DNA from: an uncultured Clostridia bacterium
GTDB lineage: Bacteria > Bacillota > Clostridia > Lachnospirales > CAG-274
Length of the DNA stretch: 63,848 nt
Reading direction: 5' to 3'
Assembly: GCA_944384215.1 (NCBI GenBank)
Contig: CALWSN010000034.1
Coordinates: forward strand, 1-63,848
Under the pieces are notes generated by a model. It was not told the origin of the DNA. It ran no database searches and saw nothing but the letters and a program-made list of their open reading frames with translations. Below are positions 60,554 to 63,848 of this stretch, in pieces (positions within the stretch are counted from its first letter, which is position 1; each line of letters begins with the position of its first letter). The position numbers and the translations under genes are program-made.

Positions 60554-60985
60554 CTATATGCCAAGCTCTGCCATTCTTTCTGCTAATTCATTGTCTATAA
60601 AATTATCTTCATCGTTATATACTTCCCAGCTTTCTTTGCTCCAAATCTCTACCTTGTTTACCACACCAATAGACACAATTTCTTTTGATATATTAGCGTG
60701 TTTTCTAAGGTTTTGTGGTATTATAATTCTACCTTGAGCATCTGGTTCACATTCACAAGCACCAGAAAAAAGAAAACGAAAAAAGCGTCTAACTCCTTCA
60801 TCTGTGGTAGGAAATTTTTTCATTTTTTCTTCAAATGCCTTCCATTCTTCCATGGTATAAATAACAAGACATTTATCTAAACCTTTAGTGAGTATAAATG
60901 TTTGCCCTAGTTCTTCTCTAAACTTTGCTGGGATAATAGCTCTACCTTTAGCATCAATATTATGATGATATTCACCCATAAACAT
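60554..60985 (-). CDS. mraZ: Division/cell wall cluster repressor MraZ
   Basis: [26 protein letters not shown]. Confidence 0.97.
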   Translation of the reverse strand: MFMGEYHHNIDAKGRAIIPAKFREELGQTFILTKGLDKCLVIYTMEEWKAFEEKMKKFPTTDEGVRRFFRFLFSGACECEPDAQGRIIIPQNLRKHANISKEIVSIGVVNKVEIWSKESWEVYNDEDNFIDNELAERMAELGI

Positions 60986-61003
60986 AAAAACTCACCAACC
61001 TTA

Positions 61004-61044
61004 TACCACAATATACCACTTTTTAACCATATTAAACCACTTTT
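61004..61044 (-). promoter_or_regulatory. MraZ-binding repeats
   Basis: Minus strand GTGG/ATGG cores at 61040, 61030, 61019, 61009 (10-11 bp period) directly upstream of mraZ. Confidence 0.82.
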
Positions 61045-61230
61045 ATTAATTTTAATATATTTTTTATAATTTTTCAACTAAATTTTAAAATTTTTTCAAA
61101 AAAAATTATAATTTAGTATTTAATTTTTAATTATAATTAATATACTAATATTTTATATATTTAAAAATATTTTTTCACCTATTATAAAAATTGATAAATT
61201 TGACGATATTAAACATAAGGAGGTGTTTTT

Positions 61231-62757
61231 TTGAATATCAACCCACAAAATATTCTTACTAAATTTTTATATAATAATATATCTCAAAATATTGAATTAG
61301 AAAATGTTAATATAGTAAATAAAACATTAGAAAATATAAATAATAATTTAGAAAAAACAAAAGAAAATAACTTAGACCTATTAAATTCTAATGAGGAATT
61401 AAAACTACTATTAAATAGTCTTAATCAAGCTCCAACTAAAGAAAATATAGATTTAATAAAAATATTGGTAAAAAATAATTTACCTATTACTAAAGATAAC
61501 CTTCAAGATATAATTAAATCTACAAAAATTTTTAAAGATTATCCAATAGAAAAAGCATTATTTTTAATAGAAAATAAAATAAAACCAAATATAAACATAG
61601 GTGAACAAATTGACAATTACATATCTAAAAATACTTTAATAGACAAACAAATTGAAAGTATATTTTCAAATTTAAATTTTTCTAAAAATAATGACTTGTC
61701 TTTTGTAGATATATTTAAAAATACAAGCTTTGAAAATACCTCTAATATTAATTTTAATGTACTTAAAGATTTAAAAACTGAACTTTTACAAAATATAGAT
61801 TTATCTAAAAATAATTTATTAACCAACTCATTAAATAAATTAATAAATAGTAACAATAGCTCCTATAATAATATTAATAATTATAATAAATCTACTATAT
61901 TAAAAGAGATAATAGATTTTACAATAAGCGAAAATTTATTAATAAATACTAAAAACTTAAATATTTTTGAAAAACTAATTAACTCTTATGATGCAACTTT
62001 TAATAATTTATATAATAATAATCTAAAAGAAAATATTAATAGTTTAATATCATTAATAGATAATGATTCATTAATTTTTTTACAAAAAGAGCTATTTAAT
62101 ATAATAAATTCAAATCCTAAGCTAAATTTAAAATTTAAAGATGCTATTACTAACTTTAATATTTTTCAAAAAAAAGTAAAATTTTTTGAATTTAAAAATT
62201 CTTCAATAGAAGAATTAAACAAATATTTTGATGATATATCAACAATATCAAAAAATTTAAAAAATAGTATTGATAATATACAAGATAGTAAAATAGAAAA
62301 CATTATAAATAATTTAGATAGTCTTAATAAAAATATAGATTTTATGAACAATTTAAAAAGTAGTATATTTTTACAAATTCCTGTAAATATAAATAATTTT
62401 TCTACTACTGCAGAGCTTTTAATATTCTCTAATAAGAAAAATAAAAATAATATAAAAAACAATAAAAGTGGTTCTGCATTAATTTCGTTAAATCTACTAA
62501 ATTTAGGTAAATTAGAAGTTTTTATTAATAAAATTAATTCAGATATTAGCTGTCAATTTAAATTAGAAAAAGATAGTATAAAATCATTAATAAAAGAAAA
62601 TATTTTACTATTAGATAATTATCTAAAAGATAAAAATCTTATCCTAAAAGACATCACCTTTAAAGATTTAGATGAAAGTTTTTCACTAATATCCTATGAT
62701 AATGAAAATAATACATTAAATGATTTTAAATTAAGTAATTTTAATAAAAAGGCGTAA
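61231..62757 (+). CDS. Asn/Lys-rich hypothetical protein with FliK-like (YlqG-like) C-terminal domain
   Basis: TTG start behind AGGAGGTG; C-terminal FLQIPV...AELLIF...SALISLNLLNLGKLEVFI...CQF pattern. Confidence 0.6.
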   Translation: MNINPQNILTKFLYNNISQNIELENVNIVNKTLENINNNLEKTKENNLDLLNSNEELKLLLNSLNQAPTKENIDLIKILVKNNLPITKDNLQDIIKSTKIFKDYPIEKALFLIENKIKPNINIGEQIDNYISKNTLIDKQIESIFSNLNFSKNNDLSFVDIFKNTSFENTSNINFNVLKDLKTELLQNIDLSKNNLLTNSLNKLINSNNSSYNNINNYNKSTILKEIIDFTISENLLINTKNLNIFEKLINSYDATFNNLYNNNLKENINSLISLIDNDSLIFLQKELFNIINSNPKLNLKFKDAITNFNIFQKKVKFFEFKNSSIEELNKYFDDISTISKNLKNSIDNIQDSKIENIINNLDSLNKNIDFMNNLKSSIFLQIPVNINNFSTTAELLIFSNKKNKNNIKNNKSGSALISLNLLNLGKLEVFINKINSDISCQFKLEKDSIKSLIKENILLLDNYLKDKNLILKDITFKDLDESFSLISYDNENNTLNDFKLSNFNKKA

Positions 62758-62763
62758 TAATAC

Positions 62764-62792
62764 TTGACAAAATTGCTTATAAGGATTATAAT
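62764..62792 (+). promoter_or_regulatory. Consensus sigma-A promoter of the Abi locus
   Basis: TTGACA (62764-69) -17 bp- TATAAT (62787-92); predicted start ~62799, ~170 nt before the ATG. Confidence 0.85.
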
Positions 62793-62823
62793 ATAGTTAG
62801 AAAGATAGTTATACTATTAAAAT

Positions 62824-62936
62824 CTTATGTGATAATTAATGTCTAGCATATAGTTTGATATTAATTATCATATAAGTGAGATTTAGACCCCATCACGCCT
62901 CTGTTTACAAGCGTACCATGATAGGGTTGTTTTTTT
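62824..62936. ncRNA. Candidate structured RNA upstream of the Abi gene (abiF-motif/antitoxin-like)
   Basis: 20-bp hairpin 62824-62876 with G-U pairs, then a GC-enriched stem-loop 62886-62928 with an internal ACGC/GCGT helix and a T7 tail. Confidence 0.62.
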
Positions 62937-62970
62937 ATCTTTAAAAATTTAATTATATGGAGTTTATTTT

Positions 62971-63834
62971 ATGTCTAAAGAGAAAAATATTTATGAGCAA
63001 CAGATAAATACACTTGTAGATAAAGGTATATTTATAGAAGATATACAAGAGACAATTAATATTTTATCTTCTTTGAGTTATTATACTATTATAGGTTATA
63101 TACCTAATTTTACAGATAGTAATATAAATTATAAAGAAAAACTTAGTTTTAATTCTGTTTATAAGACATATTTGTTTGATAGAAGATTAAGAAATATTAT
63201 TTTATACATATTAGAAATAATAGAAAATACTTTAAAAACAAAAATATCATATGCTATTCATATTGAAACTGGTGATTTTGGATATTTAAATAGTGAAAAC
63301 TTTAAAGACCATAAAGAACATAAAATGCTCATCAATAATTTAAAAAGATTATTACAAAAAGATAAAAAAATAGAATTAGTAGACTATTATATTAAAGAAT
63401 ATAACCATAGATTACCTATAAGTATTTGTATAAATGTATTTACAATGGGTATGATTAATAGCTTATATAAAAATATAAATACTCCTATGCAAAAAATTGT
63501 TGCTAAAGAATATAATACAGGTGTAAATCAGCTTACAAGTTGGATAGAAAGTATTGTATATGTTAGAAACTTAGTAGCTCACTATATGAGAATGTATAAT
63601 TTTAAGCTACAAAAAACTCCTGCTAATTGTAAAGTAAATCATCAATGTAATATTATTACTTATAGAATATTTGATATATTTCATATTATGAAATTTCTTG
63701 TTTTAGATAAAGAAGAATGGAATAATCACATTATACTAACATTAGAAGATTTAATAAATGAATATAAAGAATATATTGAACTAGATTTAATAGGCTTTTG
63801 TGATGATTGGAAAGATATATTAGTAAAATTTTAA
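62971..63834 (+). CDS. Abi_2 (AbiD/AbiF-like) abortive infection protein, HEPN RNase
   Basis: EQQI..L..KG, SYY..IGY, YLFDRRLRNIIL...EIIE, RLPI, and the R-x4-H motif RNLVAH (63565-63582) followed by RMYN; GGAG RBS. Confidence 0.88.
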   Translation: MSKEKNIYEQQINTLVDKGIFIEDIQETINILSSLSYYTIIGYIPNFTDSNINYKEKLSFNSVYKTYLFDRRLRNIILYILEIIENTLKTKISYAIHIETGDFGYLNSENFKDHKEHKMLINNLKRLLQKDKKIELVDYYIKEYNHRLPISICINVFTMGMINSLYKNINTPMQKIVAKEYNTGVNQLTSWIESIVYVRNLVAHYMRMYNFKLQKTPANCKVNHQCNIITYRIFDIFHIMKFLVLDKEEWNNHIILTLEDLINEYKEYIELDLIGFCDDWKDILVKF

Positions 63835-63848
63835 AACATAGTATTATT

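Noticed and set aside
3533-62462. Numerous short ORFs in the track that are antisense to or nested within long genes (e.g. 5011-5331, 8111-8539, 10150-10539, 20712-21014, 55169-55609)
   Set aside because: Shadow frames of well-supported genes, without RBS or recognisable motifs
62790-62970. CRISPR mini-array or ToxI-like tandem repeats beside the HEPN gene
   Set aside because: No direct repeats are visible, only two different inverted-repeat structures

Overview
Very AT-rich chromosomal segment from a spore-forming low-GC Firmicute (Clostridia, probably Lachnospirales-like; inferred from gene content). It is mostly core housekeeping DNA, largely on the minus strand: rsgA-rpe-thiN, hup/yabO/proC, nrdD-nrdG-dut, dnaE-pfkA-pyk, tsaD/tdk, prfC, tmk-darA-yaaR-holB-ricT-yabB-rsmI, and a short mraZ-rsmH-ftsL-PBP cluster. 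Accessory modules are a CadC/CadA-type metal efflux pair, a large GGDEF/EAL protein, a PotABCD-like ABC transporter with two deaminases, and a DUF2156 + Eis-like GNAT pair. I found no rRNA, tRNA, CRISPR array, transposase or integrase. The best candidate system is at the right end: a divergent Abi_2/AbiF-type HEPN RNase gene with a consensus sigma-A promoter and a ~170-nt leader containing two structured elements, resembling an RNA-antitoxin/RNase toxin defence module. Also notable are long perfect palindromes joining convergent genes (two give the opposed proteins identical C-termini), an unannotated frameshifted DUF6440-like pseudogene, and recognisable NrdR, MraZ, ArsR, Fur/PerR and HxlR operator sites. 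All family calls come from motifs recognised by eye; no database searches were run.
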